64,000 nucleotides of DNA, taken from positions 248,001 to 312,000 of the forward strand of contig BQFW01000006.1 of the NCBI GenBank assembly GCA_020891255.1. The letters are read 5' to 3'. This DNA is from Entomortierella parvispora E1425 (taxonomy: Eukaryota > Fungi > Mortierellomycota). A model generated the notes under the pieces. That model saw only the letters and a program-made list of their open reading frames with translations. It did no database searches and was not told the DNA's origin. Shown here in pieces: positions 48,645-62,727 of this stretch (the stretch's first letter is position 1; every line of letters begins with the position of its first letter). A program made the position numbers and the translations under genes.

Positions 48645-50305
48645 ATGAGCTTTGAAGCACGCCTGGCTGCAGTGGGACAGGTTTCCAACCAAAAGGACAA
48701 GATCAAGGGCTACCAAGACCTGGTCGCATCCATTCTTCAGGAGCACAGCGGCAACGATGAAATCACCTGTCTACATCTCGAGCAGTTTGTCACTGCCGCC
48801 ACCGAAGACTCTATTGGTCTTGTCGTCTCCCGTCAGGTCCTCTCCGATTTTACAGCCGCAGTCGATGCTGCCGAAAACTTGAACCCAGAGAGCAAGAAAC
48901 GCGTGTACACCCATGCTCTTGACAAGGTCCAAGGTCGCGTCGTGTCTTTTGAGGACCAGGTACACACTCTCTTCTTCTTATCGGGATAATCTTCCCATAC
49001 TTGAGCAGAACATGCACCCAATTCTGATTAACAATGGAATAATGGATTAACACTCTCTGCAATCTGTGGAGAATAGGTGTCAACTATCCGAACAAATCTC
49101 GCCACCATTTACGAGAACGAGGAAGAGTGGGCGGAGGCGGCGCAGGTGCTTATGGGAATTCCCTTGGAGTCAGGACACAGGTACACTCCGCATGCGTTGG
49201 CGAGAAAAAAAATTGTTTATTCTCGAGAAGCCTTCGACTTGCTAACAGGCTGGCGCGCCATTTTTAATTTGCTGACAATATCTGTAGAATCATCTCAAGC
49301 GAGTACAAAGTGAGCGTGTATATCCGAATTGTGCGATTGCTGCTGGAAGACGATGAGGCCATCAGTGCAGAAGCCTATCTGAACCGTGCCTCGGTGTTGA
49401 TGCGTGATATTAAGGACATTGCAGTTCAGTTGACGTTCAAATTGTCGCAAGCCAGAATCTCGGATTTCAAAAACAAATTCTTGGAGGCGAGTTCCAGATA
49501 CCATGAGATCAGTTATATCCAGGATGTCGACTATGAAGAGCGCATGCACATCTTGTAAGTCACCAGGATGGCCTTAATCTCTTGGTACCCTATATACCTA
49601 TGAAAACTTACACATTTCGTTTTTGTTAGGTCTGCTGCGGTCGTGTGCGCAGTCTTGGCAGGAGCAGGACCCCAGCGTTCACGTATGCTGGCGACATTGT
49701 ACAAGGACGATCGGTCCCAACGTTTGCCTCACTTCTCAATTTTGGAAAAGATGTACCTGGACAGAGTTCTCCGAAGCAACGAGGTTTCAGAGTTCGCCAG
49801 CACACTGAAGCAGCATCAACTTGCATTGTTACCCGATAATACCACAGTCTTGGACAGAGCCGTCATTGAACACAACCTGCTCTCGGCCTCCAAGATTTAC
49901 AACAATATCTCGTTCGAGGAGTTGGGAGCGCTTCTAGGCGTTTCCCCCGAGCAGGCAGAAGCGCGCGCAAGCAAGATGATGGGCGAGGGACGGATGTCAG
50001 GAAGCATTGATCAGATCGAACGACTCATCTTTTTCGACCGCACTCACGGTGCCCAGTTGAGGATGGGAGGTGGAGCCGCCAAGGCAGGATCAGGTGCTGG
50101 AGGTTCTGGAGGCAATGGCGCTGGAAACACCGCATTGGGAGCAGTGGATGAGGATGACGACGCAGATATGAATGGGCATGAGGCGCCAATGCTCTCGACC
50201 CTTTGGGATGCCAGTATTCAGGATCTGTGCGGACACGTAGAAGAGCTCGTTGGCATCATTGGCGCAAAGTACCCAGACTACGTTGCCGCCAAGATTGCTT
50301 TGTAA
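48645..50305 (+). CDS. CSN4: COP9 signalosome subunit 4 (multi-exon)
   Basis: [55 protein letters not shown] (PCI domain). Confidence 0.93.
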
Positions 50306-50888
50306 ATGAAGAAAAAAAAAAAGCAGGACCAACTACAAACTCGATAACCCAGACTGGTCCAGGTAGACAAGTACCTCGAACTGTTCGCAAGCTGCCTCTT
50401 TAGGTCCAAATAGAAGTAGCATCGTTCACCAAATGAATAAAAGAACCTCCTTTGAGAAACTCGTCCCCGTTGGAATAACGAAAATTACATTTTGGTGGCG
50501 CACTTTCAAGATCGCGCCACCAACTTTTTTTTTGTTTGGTGGCGGTGGACCAAGTTCTCGTGCAGCGTTCCTTTCGCCATAATGTGAGCGTTCAGCAGTG
50601 CAAGAGGGTCATCCTCCACGCTAAGACAGCGGGGAACACTGTGAGCCCTCTACTCTCAACTCGTCGTTAGTGGGCATGGATATCATTTGTACTTTCCCCG
50701 TCTAGAATCTCCTTTGTGTGCATGTTCGGGAAGATTCTTTTATTTCATTATTTTGTTAGGTTTTTATATATTTCAAAGATAAAGGTAGATGATATATAGA
50801 TGAAGTGTTGAAGTAAGGGGGGTAAATTCGCGTCTTGGCTTACACCTTTAAAGGTGATATTCTCGACTCTCTGTCTCTCTCTCCAATT

Positions 50889-53473
50889 TTAAGCCATCCA
50901 GAGTCCAGCAAAAGTCATCAAAGCTGAGATACTAGCTGTGAATCCAATCTGAGCTGAAACAGATCCAGCGCCGTTGGCGCCCTTGCCGCCGGTTCCACCA
51001 TTGCTGCCATTGCTGCCATTGCTGCCATTGCTACCATTGGTGCCGTTGTTGTTGCCGTTGTTGTTGCCGTTTTCCATCTGCTTGATGTACTTCGAACCAG
51101 GCCAGGGCTCAGTCGAGTTGTCGGGGTTCAAAGGTGTGACCTTGACCCAGTCGACCAGCAACTGATACTCGCGTCTCTCATCAGGGGCGTAAGATGTATT
51201 CTCGCCTGCCCACTCGGCGGTACCTACGATGTGTATCAAAAATGAAAGGCATGCGTTAGTCTACTTTGCGTACTTTTAGAAGCTCTCGGGTTGTTCGAAG
51301 CAACAAAGGTATCTTTTGAACAAGGGACATGACAGAACTGGTGCGGAGAGACAGAGAAACATGTGGATCAACCTGTCCCCAGTCAGGCGCGAACGACTTG
51401 TTAACAGTTCAAAATAGAAACGGGGTGCAAACTCTCTGCAGGTAAAAATAATCAAAAACCATAGTTACGCCCAGCAAAACCCTGTTCCTGTGCTCTTGTC
51501 TTCTCCAGCCGCTGTGTCCATGTTCCCCATGAACGTCTTTCCATTGGTCAGCACCTCCCCTTCGTTCTTCTTTGAACTCGTGTGCGCCTTTTTTCCATTT
51601 TTTGTTCCCCGGGTTGAAAAATAGAGTGGACGTCGTGTGTACATATGTCTGTCGAGACTGCAGGGCGGCAGCGAGATCAAGCTTTTCTTGATTTTCTGTC
51701 CCCCCTCAAAAATAGAACGGGTCACAACTTCTTCCTCAAGAACCACTCTCGAGATTCTCTCTTGATACAATTCACTGGGGGCACACCAGCCCCTCACTCC
51801 TCTACCCCTTCTTTCGGTCTTGATCTCGAGCCCCACTTCCCCACTCCACCCCGAACCAAATAAAACAAAGGTGACGCGCCTGTTCTCTACTTTGTTTCGC
51901 GCAAGGAAAACAAGATAGATGGGTTCCGAAACATGGAAGACACTCGAGACTTCTATTGACTTCTATTTTTCTCATCAACTCTCCTCCACTTCATCGCGAG
52001 GATGGATTGTAGCACGCGCCTGCGTGCTGTTGTTCCCCTTTGTGCCTGAATGAAGCTTATTCAGGAATAGGACGGGGGCACTTTCCGGGTCGTTCAGAGC
52101 AGCTCCCCCGTTCATGTCTATCTCAGCGGCTCATTGTTGATCGAACCCTGTTTTTTCATGGCGCCAGGAACAAGTGAAGATAGACAAACCAGAGAGAACC
52201 CAACGATTCCATTCACAACAAGATCATCTAGAGAGCCTGACACACAGTGGAAGTATCCATCCACGGAATAATCTCACTCAACTTGTCCCTGCCCTTACTC
52301 TTTTTGCTTCTAGCCTGTTTTTCTCTCTCGCTCTCTACCCCCCCTTTCGGAAATGGTTTGAGAGAGAGAGAGCCATTGGGCTGTTGCGCGCCAGGTCGTT
52401 ACTGCGCGCCAGGTCGTTACTGCACGCCCCCTGTCTCTCCGCCCTTGGAATATCTCTTCCGAAAAAAATGGACCCTCGCCCTCAGGGATCACCAGAAAAA
52501 AAAAAGAAAAAAAAAAAAAAAAAGGAAAGAAACATTGAAGCAAGACAAAAAAACATAAAATAAAAAAAAGAAGTAACATACCTGGATTGCCGTAACCGCC
52601 ATCCCAGAGTCCAAAGGCAACACGCATGGGCGTGTCCGGGAAGGAACCCTTCACGTCTGCGGCCATGGTTGTTCGCTTGACCTCTCCATCAAAGGACCAG
52701 ACCATCTTCTCGGGCGTCCATTCAACCTTGTAGGTATGGAAATCCAAGCTCGTGTCATTGTTGACGTTGATATGCACACCATGAGCATAGTCGACAGGGT
52801 GGCCCGGTTGAACCTTGTAATAAAAGTTGGTTTGCACATCCGTCGCATCCTTGCCCACAATCTCGAAATCAATCTCGTCGCCCGAGATGGGCGAGATCAG
52901 GATAAAAGAACTGACAGGACCTGGCTGGTTCGAGGCCGTCTTCATACGCGCCTCAATAGTGCCATACAACATCCAGCGAGACGCATGGATCGTGGCGCCG
53001 ATACCACCCCCAGTCTCGGGGTGCTTTTGGATTCGGTTCAACTTCAACCGCAAGAATCCATCATCCGTAATATCGGCGTGGTTGGCCGTGGTGGGGGATC
53101 GGTCAATGACCCAATCCGCCGTGTCGGGGAACCCGTTGAATTGAGAAATGTCCACCAGGCGGGACTTGTTGCTGAAATCGTCCTCAAGGACCTTAGCCAT
53201 AGGCAAGGGCCAGCAGGAATCAGGCGCGTACGATCCGCCCGCATTGCAGGCCTCGGCGCAGAAGGAAGGGTCTGATCCACAGTAACCGGCACTACTGCAG
53301 CATGGCGCGCTCTGGGGGCAGTTGCCACCCATTGGTGCGTTCTTGCAGCCAGTTGCCGGGGCATCGGCTCTGAGGGCCAGGGCGAGCTTTGTTCGGACAG
53401 GAGAGTCGGTTCTCTGAGCCATGGCGACAGCTGTGGAGAGTACCAGGATCGCGAGTGCAGAGAAGCAACGCAT
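50889..53473 (-). CDS. Crh/Utr2-like GH16 transglycosylase with chitin-binding module and GPI-type tail (2 exons)
   Basis: Signal peptide, CCSSAGYCG, DEIDFE catalytic motif, GLWDGG..GTAEWAG across intron 52581-51224, Gly/Asn linker and hydrophobic C-terminus. Confidence 0.9.
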
Positions 53474-53820
53474 CTTGATGTGAATGTGTGTGTATGTATG
53501 GGGGTGTGAAAGAGGAAGGGGAGGAGCAGGTAAAGGAAAAAATAAGATGGAGGATGAAGCTCTTGTGGTTGTTGAAGAGTAATGCAAGGAAATGAAATCA
53601 GGAATAAAGAGAAGACCGTTGAACGTGGTCGATTGTTAAAAAGGAGAGTGTAGAGAAGAGAGAAAAGAGTTAAAAACAATCGGCGGGACATAAAAGCAGA
53701 CTGAGAATGTGTTCACGACTGAGGATGTCCTCGACTCCGACGGTTCCTCCTATTCCTGGGACTCTCCCCCTGCCAGCTTTTTTTTTCTCGGTATAACTGC
53801 CTTCCACTTTTCCGAGACTG

Positions 53821-53827
<7 letters not shown>

Positions 53828-53868
<41 letters not shown>
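53828..53868. repeat. (TC)n microsatellite upstream of the GH16 gene
   Basis: Run of ctctct read directly from the sequence. Confidence 0.9.
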
Positions 53869-53872
<4 letters not shown>

Positions 53873-54270
53873 CTCACCCCTTCACTCCCCACTTTTCTTC
53901 TCGCTTTGGCCTCATTGTGGTCGGCCGCTGTGGGTTCCAGGAAGCAAGGGGCTAGAGTGGCGTGTGTCTATTTTCATGTGTTTTGTAGTCGACCGCTATG
54001 GTTTGGCCTCGTCGATGGGGCGTGCCTGTCGATCTCAATTGTGGTTACACACTCGATTTTCAGGCACGAAGGAATCGCAACCGTCCTTTTTGGGCTACGC
54101 CCTAAAAAAATATCAATCATCGTTGTATTTATTAAATGTTCATCCATAAGCCCAACAAATAGCTGCTACGCCCGTCCAACGTCTTGTTCAGAATTCAGAA
54201 TAGCAACCAGTTTACGGCACATGGCACCGACTCTCCAATTTGCACCAAAAAATAGCAGCCATTTCAAAGT

Positions 54271-56052
54271 CTAGTTTCCTCCAGCCATCGTCTTCTCCTC
54301 CATCTCGCTAACGCACTCCCACTCGCCGCTCAGGTTCTCCTTCCAAAGAGTGATCTTGTTATCACCGCAAGAGACAGCGAGAATGTTTCCGCTGAGGGAC
54401 CAGCTCACGCGCCAAACAACATCTGCAAACTTTTCGTCCCGAAGGGCCTTCTTTTGCCAGGGTGAGCTGGGGGTATCTTGGGTCCAGATCAACACAGTCT
54501 TATCCTGGGAACAACTTGCAAGATAGCTCTTGGATGCTCCAATGTTGGGTGCAAAGGCAACGTCGCGAACCCAGTCGGTGTGACCCTCAAGAGTGTCCTC
54601 CTCCTTCCAGGTCTTGGTGTCCTCTCTGTAGGACCAGATCTTAACCAGGTTGTCACATCCTCCAGTGCAGAAGCGCTTTGATACTGGGGCCTTGCCACTG
54701 TTAGGTCCCTGCTGAGTCAAAGATCCGGGAACGGTCGCGGGTGCCCATCCAATAGAGTTGCATCCGATTGCGTGAGCATCCAGCATAGCGGTATCCCAGG
54801 ATCCGTCATCTATTGTGTGAGGCAAGATGCACATGTTAGATCATGATATTGTTCACCAATCATCCACAAAGACGTCACCACGGAAGGCATACCCTTGAAC
54901 GAGAGGATGGAGACACGGCCATCTGAGGAAGCACAGGCCAGAATAGGTCCAAGCTCATGAGGTGCCCAGGCAACAGAGTTGACTAATGCAATATAAAAAA
55001 TATAGAAACAGGTCAATACGACTACGTCTTGACAGCCTCCTGCTCCTTCATTGCTGTAGTCGGGTCAGGTTCAGCATGAGTGTACCTGAGGCGGTGTGAG
55101 AAGAGTGTTCCTTGATGCGTGACCACTGGCCGTTTTGCTCTCTCCAGACAAAGACTTTTCCGTCGTAAGAGCAAGAGGCAAGAATACATCCAAACTTGGG
55201 GTGGGCCCAAGAGATCTGCCAGACAGGTCCTTCATGACTATTCGTTCCAGGGATAAATATGAGTTATCAGAAGATCGACATTCGAGTCTCTCCCCACTAT
55301 GTGGGTCCTGTTCACTTACCCTGACAAGGTGTGTGCAAGTTGGTGGTTCTCTCCATCAACCTCAAAGATGCGGATGGATCGGTCGGACGAGCAGGTCGCA
55401 AGTCGTTTGCCTGTCGTTGTAATAAATCCAAGTCAGTCTACTACATAAGAACTCATTGATCTCCACATATCCATTCCATGCTGATGATCTCCTGTATGTA
55501 CCATAGTAGTCGTATTGAGCATCATGCTAAAATAAAAGAACAATAAAAAAGTCAATGATAACTCTCATATGTCGTGATAGCATAACAGTGTATGAGAAAG
55601 CGACTTACAATCATGTCCTCATGCTGGGTCTCCAGCGCGTGTTGGGTTGCAGCCTAGAATGAGGTAGTACGTGTAAACGTTAGCATTGAGACTAGTCATA
55701 TTTTCCTGCCGAGATGCAGATGCATTTCTTGCTCTAAAACTCTCCAGTCAAGTTGATCGCTTTGTATCCAACACAAGCTCATCTTTTCTGATTTCGCCCG
55801 TTGTTTGTTATCAAGGATCGCAAATGTCATCAATGCTTGGTTATATCCAAGATGAGACAAGTAAGTCTGCGTTGGTGGAAGACATTGTCCTTCCTCTGGC
55901 GGTGCATTCCATCATCACGTCTGTGACAACTCCAATCGCGCCAGATGAAGACAGTTGGTGACGAGAGTGCCAATCCGACGATGGCGCGTGCAAGTCGTTC
56001 TTTCCGGCGAGTGGTACTTTGTCGAGAGAGGTTCGGCGGTGGTCCTTACCAT
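54271..56052 (-). CDS. SEC13: COPII/nucleoporin WD40 protein Sec13 (multi-exon)
   Basis: [68 protein letters not shown]. Confidence 0.93.
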
Positions 56053-56541
56053 GGTTGCAGATGTGAGTGTTGTTGGGAGAGAGGGAGGGAGGGAGAGAAG
56101 GGGGGTGATGGAGAATAAGGGATGAGAAAGAAAGGCCGACAGGGTTCTTCTTCATGTGTGCCCGTGCCTCTGTGCTTCGAACCAGCGCTGTCTGTCTGTC
56201 TCTCTGCCTGTCCCTGTTTCCCCTTCCAGCTGCCACGTCGAATCAGTCAAAGGGCGAGTCTCGTATGTAGGAAGTGCGATCAGTGTCGTTTCGGTGACAA
56301 CCCGGTCGGCATGACGCACGTGATCAGTGCTGCCTCGCTTTGATTTTTACACGGCATTTGTGCGCCCTCCTTCTGTCGCACGCACACACAGGCACAGCAC
56401 GCAGCGCAGGAGTTGGTCGCCTCTGCGTTTCCTTCTTCGAGGTTCCTTGGGAGATCTCTTGCTTATTGCTGACCTGACTGCTGCATCCCATCCCTCTCTC
56501 TCATCCCTCCCTCTCCTCACCCTCCTATATCATCATCCACC
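56053..56541. promoter_or_regulatory. Likely bidirectional promoter (SEC13 / CCT8)
   Basis: ~490 bp between divergent ATGs. Confidence 0.55.
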
Positions 56542-58860
56542 ATGGCTCTCCGAATTCCCCAGGGAACACAAATGCTCAAGGATGGCTACAAGGTACCCAC
56601 CATACCTGGCTCCCTTCATCCCTGATCAGCTACCAGTGCTCACTCAGGACGAACCACCCTTTTTGTGCTTTTGTGGAAACGGTGGCGCGCTCATTTTCGA
56701 GATCTCGCTTCAACTTTGATGGGCCATGCTGACCCGTAGTCTTCACCTCTTATTTATAGCATCTCCAAGGTATCGATGAGGCCGTCCTTCGCAACATCAC
56801 CGCCGTCCATGACTTGTCCGAGATTACGCGTACTTCCTTCGGTCCCAACGGTAAACGCCTTCAACATTCATCATCCCAAACAACAAATATTTCAATCGCC
56901 CATGGACGACAATGTAATCTCTATACTGACTGATCACATCTTTTACTTGGTTCATAATAGGTCGCAACAAGATCATTATCAACCATATGGAGAAGTTGTT
57001 CGTGACCAACGATGCTGCCACCATTATTCGCGAGCTCGAGGTTGTTCACCCCGCTGCCAAGCTCTTGGTCATGGCCTCTCAGCAACAGGAAGCCGAGGTA
57101 CTGCAACGACCATGATCCCCTTTTGTGAGGGAGCAGGATATCCATGGATAGAGTTACAGTGAATCCAATGAGCGCATGGACACGATCTGACTCTTGCTTT
57201 CTCTGTTTTTTGTGTTATAGATGGGTGACGCTTCCAACTTGGTCAGCATCATTGCAGGAGAACTTTTGCAGAAGGCTGAAAACTTGCTCCGCATGGGTCT
57301 TCACCCCAGTGAGATTGTTCAGGGATACGAGGTCGCATCTACCAAAGCCTTGGAAATTCTTGAGGGTAGGATCTCGTTCGATCAGTAACCACCTGGTTCT
57401 GTTGTTGGACTCGAAAACGACACAGTCTGACAGGACTCTCCGTTGTTTATTTCATTTTGTAGAGCTTGCTGTGGATGAGATCAAGGATGTTCAGAGCAAG
57501 GCTGACTTGATCAAGGCCGTTCGTTCTTCCATCGCCGCCAAGCAATACGGAAACGAGGAGATGTTGTCTGAGCTCGTTTGCGATGCCGCTATTGCCGTTA
57601 TGCCCAAGAACGCCTCCAACTTCAACGTCGATAACATTCGTGTCGTCAAGATTATGGGAAGCAGTCTTTACGAGAGTCGTGTCATCAAGGGAATGGTCTT
57701 TGGTCGTTCGCCCGAGGGTAAGATTATTTTGCCTCGATACCGATCTCTATAATTGGTGCATTAATGATGATCATTGTGGCTGATATGATACTTTTTTTAT
57801 CTATTCATTACCATTAGGTGTCATCACCAATGCCAAGAAGGCCAAGGTCGCCATTTTCACTTGCCCCTTGGATGTGGCCCAGACGGAGACTAAGGGAACT
57901 GTCTTGATTCACAATGCCAACGAGATGTTGGACTTCACCAAGGGAGAGGAAAAGCACATGGAGCAGATGTTGAAGGGCATTGCTGATGCCGGTGTCAAGG
58001 TCGTTGTTACAGGAAACGGCGTTGGCGAGTTGGCTCTTCACTACCTTAACCGCTTCGGTATTATGGTCGTCAAGGTTTTGTCAAAGTTCGACTTGAGACG
58101 CTTGTGCCGTGTCACTGGTGCCACTGCCTTGGCTCGTGTCGGTGCCCCCATGGCCGAGGAGATGGGTTTCTGCGATATTGTTGAGAGTGTCGAAATTGGA
58201 GGTGACCGTGTCACCGTGTTCAGACAGGAGGAGGAAATCTCCAAGACTGCCACCATTGTCATTCGTGGTGCTACCCAGAACCACTTGGACGATGTTGAGC
58301 GTGCTTTGGATGATGGTATCAACGTTATCAAGGCTGTTGTCAAGGATCCCCGTCTTGTGGCTGGTGCCGGAGCCACCGAGATGGAGCTTCTTAAGCGTTT
58401 GTTGGCCGTTGGCGAGGTAACACATCTCTTTTATATCATCTTTGACACCAGGTTCAAGAAAAAAAGGAATCATCTAACCATTGGCATTACTTCTGATATT
58501 TAGAAAACTCCTGGCTTGAACCAGCATTCGATCAAGAAGTTCGCTGAGGCCTTCGAGGTTATTCCCCGCACCTTGGCTGAGAACGCCGGTATGGATGCCA
58601 CCGAGTTGCTTTCCAAGATGTATGCCTCTCACCACGCCGATGATACCGGTGTGATGGGTGTCGATATCGAGAGCGAGAACAACGGAGTTATGGATGCGCA
58701 GGGTGCTGGTATCTTTGATGTGCTCGCCGCCAAGTCGCACGCCATCCGCCTTGCAACAGAGACCGCCATGACGGTGCTTCGTGTAGACCAGTTGATCATG
58801 TCCAAGGCAGCAGGAGGACCTGTTGCACCCAAGCAGAAGCAGCACTGGGACGAGGATTAA
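56542..58860 (+). CDS. CCT8: T-complex protein 1 subunit theta (multi-exon)
   Basis: EKLFVTNDAATIIRELEVVHPAAK, FNVDNIRVVKIMGSS, DDVERALDDG, VDQLIMSKAAGGP, WDED*. Confidence 0.95.
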
Positions 58861-59274
58861 GTACGGAGATATTTTCATTATTATTGTAGCCATAAAACAC
58901 GCAAACGCCACTCGTGCGCCAACATAAGTCAAGTGTGGTTGGGGCTTGATGTCCTTCAGTGATCTTTTTGCGCCACGATCTCCGTTTGGTGGCGTATGAG
59001 GTCTCACGTACACGCCCGTCAGAGACAAACAGATCAACACACGTACAACGAAGGCTTCCCCGCAAAGTGGTGGTTTCCTTTTTTGGGTTGTTTTTCTGTC
59101 CGCTCGAGGGTTTTTTCTTCTCTCAATCGATTCGATCCGCTTTCTTTTGCTTACACTTCTCCCCTGATTGTCAATTCCCACCCTCCTTCATCCCTCCTCC
59201 TCTCCCGAGTTCAACCTCGATTACCCGACCTACCCTCCCTCTCGTTTCCTTTTTCCTGAACATACACTCTCAAC

Positions 59275-61687
59275 ATGTGTGGTATCACTGCTTTGCTTCT
59301 TGCTGATCATAACCTGATGGCCAGCGTCGAGCTCCATGAGGGTCTCGGAATGCTTCAACATCGTGGCCAGGCAAGTTCATCTTTGCATCCTTCTCGGGGC
59401 AATCTTTCGCTGCAGTGGTTCTCATCCGAAGAACTGCGCAAGTCATTCGTCTCTTTGTTTAGTGCTGTTCCTGACCCTTCCCCATACTTTCTTTTCTATG
59501 TATGAATCTACAGGATGCTGCCGGAATCGTTACCTGCGGAAACAAGGGTCGCTTGTACCAGATCAAGGGCAACGGCATGGTCCGTGATGTCTTTGACCAG
59601 CCCAAGCTCGAGCAGCTTGTTGGCAGCATGGGCGTTGGCCATGGTATGTATCTCAGAGTTCCCCCGCACTTTTTCACTTCTGAATTATTTTGGGCTGGCT
59701 TTGGTTCCCAGCCGGGGTTCCAAAATCTTGATAAAAAAGCAGCGGACTCAGTGGTTGGTTGTGGTTGGGTGGATCGAATCGATCACTGTCCTCAGCGACT
59801 CGATTGATATCGGACACAGACATAGTTGGAACAGTTGACTCCAGGACTTTGGTCGTTGATCGATGCAGCGAACAAGGATTGGGCGGCAAAGCAGAGGATG
59901 CAGCGTTGTTTCGATTTAGTGGCACGCATCTCTTTTCCGTGCAGTTCTCGGGTTCAAGGAAGAAAAAGGGACTTGCAGTGAACTTTGTATGACTAATGTT
60001 TTTATTTCCCGTTTGTCTCTAGTCCGTTATCCCACTGCCGGTTCCTCTTCTACTTCCGAGGCCCAGCCCTTGTACGTCAACTCGCCCTACGGAATCGTGT
60101 TTGCCCACGTAAGTTAGCGCCACGCTGGTTGGGAAATGACCTTGAACTCAATTTTGCAGCCTCATGAGCTTTCGTTTGATCGAAAGTTTGCCCTCTCTGC
60201 CGTGGGAGAATTGAATATTTGTGTTAATCACGCCCCATTTGCCCCACCCTTTGTTTTCCCGAACCGGATTGACAAACAATAGAACGGAAACTTGGTCAAC
60301 GCCGATGAGCTGCGCGAGTTCTTGGATCAGGATGCCCATCGTCACATCAACACCGATTCCGACTCGGAGCTTCTCCTCAACATCTTTGCCAACAACTTGC
60401 AAAAGACTGGCAAGTTCCGTATCAACGAGGAGGATATCTTCACCGCCATCAAGGGCATCTTTGATGTCTGCCACGGTGGTTACGCCTGTGTTGCTATGAT
60501 TGCTGGTAAGCCGAAAGAGAGGATTGCATACAATGAGAACAGCCTGTCAGGCAGTCGTGATCAAAGTACTTACAGGACACTCTTTGGACTGGATGTTTAG
60601 GATTTGGAATCATTGGTTTCCGTGACCCCCACGGCATTCGTCCCATTGGTTTTGCCAAGCGTCAGTCTCCCAAGGGCACGGACTACATGTTCGCCTCTGA
60701 GAGTGTTGTTTGCGACGGATGCAGCTTCAACGACTTTGAGGATCTCAAGCCCGGTGAGGCGGTCATTGTCAACAAGAACGGAAACGTGACCAGACGTGAG
60801 TTGGTTCCCAATGCCAGCTTCACTCCCTGTATCTTCGAATACGTCTACTTCTCTCGTCCCGATTCCATCATTGACGGTATCTCTGTCTACAAGTGCCGTC
60901 TTGCCATGGGTGAGGCTCTTGCCGACCAGGTCTTGAAGAAGCTTGGACCTGACCACGATGTCGATGTCATCATTCCCGTAAGTTTCATACAATAGCTTCT
61001 TGCTACGGTTCATGTGTGGAGGATTTGTAGACTGATAATATCCTACCAATCTTTTAGGTCCCTGACACGAGTCGTGTTGCTGCCCTTCAAACTGCCTATA
61101 AGCTCGATATCTTGTACCGTGAGGGATTCATCAAGAACAGATACATTGGACGCACCTTCATCATGCCTGGTCAGGCCATGCGCAAGAAGACCGTTCGTCG
61201 CAAGTTCAACGCCATGTCTCTCGAGTTTGCAGGCAAGAACGTCTTGATTGTTGATGACTCGATTGTCCGTGGAACGACCTCGAAGGAGATTGTACAGATG
61301 GCCCGTGATGCTGGTGCCAAGAAGGTTTACCTTGCATCCTGCGCGCCTGCTATCCGATACCCCAATGTCTATGGCATTGACATGCCCTCCCCTCATGAGT
61401 TGGTCGCTTACAACAAGACGGAAGACGATATCGCCGTTGCTTTGGGCGCTGACAAGGTCATCTTCCAGACTCTTGAAGGCTTGATCTCTTCCTGCCACAA
61501 GTTCAACCCTTCGATCACCAACTGGGATGCATCCGTCTTTGACGGCAAGTATGTGTCGGGCAAGGTCGATGCTGCTTACCTGAAGCACCTCGAGGATCTC
61601 CGTGCAGACAGCAAGAAGGGTAAATTTGAGGACATGCAGAGCCCTGAGACTCTTGGTCTCTACAACTTTAACTTACAGCTGAAGTAA
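59275..61687 (+). CDS. ADE4: Amidophosphoribosyltransferase (multi-exon)
   Basis: MCGI N-terminal nucleophile, [40 protein letters not shown]. Confidence 0.95.
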
Positions 61688-62295
61688 CGTCCAGTGGTTC
61701 AAGATCCTCATATGTCTGTACCTTCTCTTTGTCTCTTTCCCTCTCCCATTCCAATTTGTCTATAATTTTTAATCCAATGTCTTTTAGAGCTCATCCTCTA
61801 GAAAGCAAAAATCTACCCTTGGATGCACATTTGTCGACTCTCACTAGCAATTACCTTCGTTTCTTCGCTTTTTACTTTTTATGTGCCTTGCATTCACTAG
61901 ACCGTTCACATCACTCATCTATATTAAAACTTTGCGCACTTGTATCATACCAAAATGTTTCCTTGCTACTTGTATGCTTGGACAGTTTCCAAAATGGATG
62001 GATAATTTTCAAAATGGATGATGATCAAAAGACACAAGGTGATACGAGTCCATCTGCCATCTGTGTTGATCCAAATGTCGCTCATATGCATTGTCACGGC
62101 ACGCGTTCTCCTGAAGAACAATCTTTGACTAAGCACTGTGCGCGAATACATATCTGGGAAACGATTTTGATGGTATGGTCTTTATTGAGCAGAAAACGAA
62201 CCTATATCAGGAGCTCTGTATTTCCTGAGTGCAAGATGAAAGAAAACAGAAATAGATCCAGGAAAAGAAACCATACGGAAGGGTGGCGGAGAGGC

Positions 62296-62727
62296 CTACT
62301 GATCATCTGTGATGGTCAAAAGAGGCTGGAATGCCTTGTCTGTCTTTTTCAGGAAGAGGGCATGATCTTGCAGATCGTCTTCAAGTCTTGACAGTTCGTC
62401 CTCCATTTCCTCGCGCTCATTGTTCAGGCCCGTGTCTGCCTGCATCTGATCCTCGACCTTTTCCCTCAGCAGCTTGAAGGACCCCAGGCGGTCCTTGAGG
62501 GTCCTGGCGAGATCATCCGCGGCATCCAGCTGGGTCCGCTTGCGCTTCAGAATGACCTTGCGCTCCTGGATCTTTTTCTCGAGACGGACCGTGATCCCAT
62601 CGAGCTCCTGGGCCATCTTGTCGATCCGGACACGGAGACTGGCCAGGTATTCGTCGTCGATGAGCTCTTCGATCTTGGTCTTTGGCTCGCGCTTGTCGTC
62701 AGTGTTGACTTTCGTGTTCGTGGTCAT
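62296..62727 (-). CDS. Small coiled-coil protein of unknown function (143 aa)
   Basis: Uninterrupted ORF, heptad-like L/E/K/R composition, G/C-rich third codon positions. Confidence 0.55.
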   Translation of the reverse strand: MTTNTKVNTDDKREPKTKIEELIDDEYLASLRVRIDKMAQELDGITVRLEKKIQERKVILKRKRTQLDAADDLARTLKDRLGSFKLLREKVEDQMQADTGLNNEREEMEDELSRLEDDLQDHALFLKKTDKAFQPLLTITDDQ

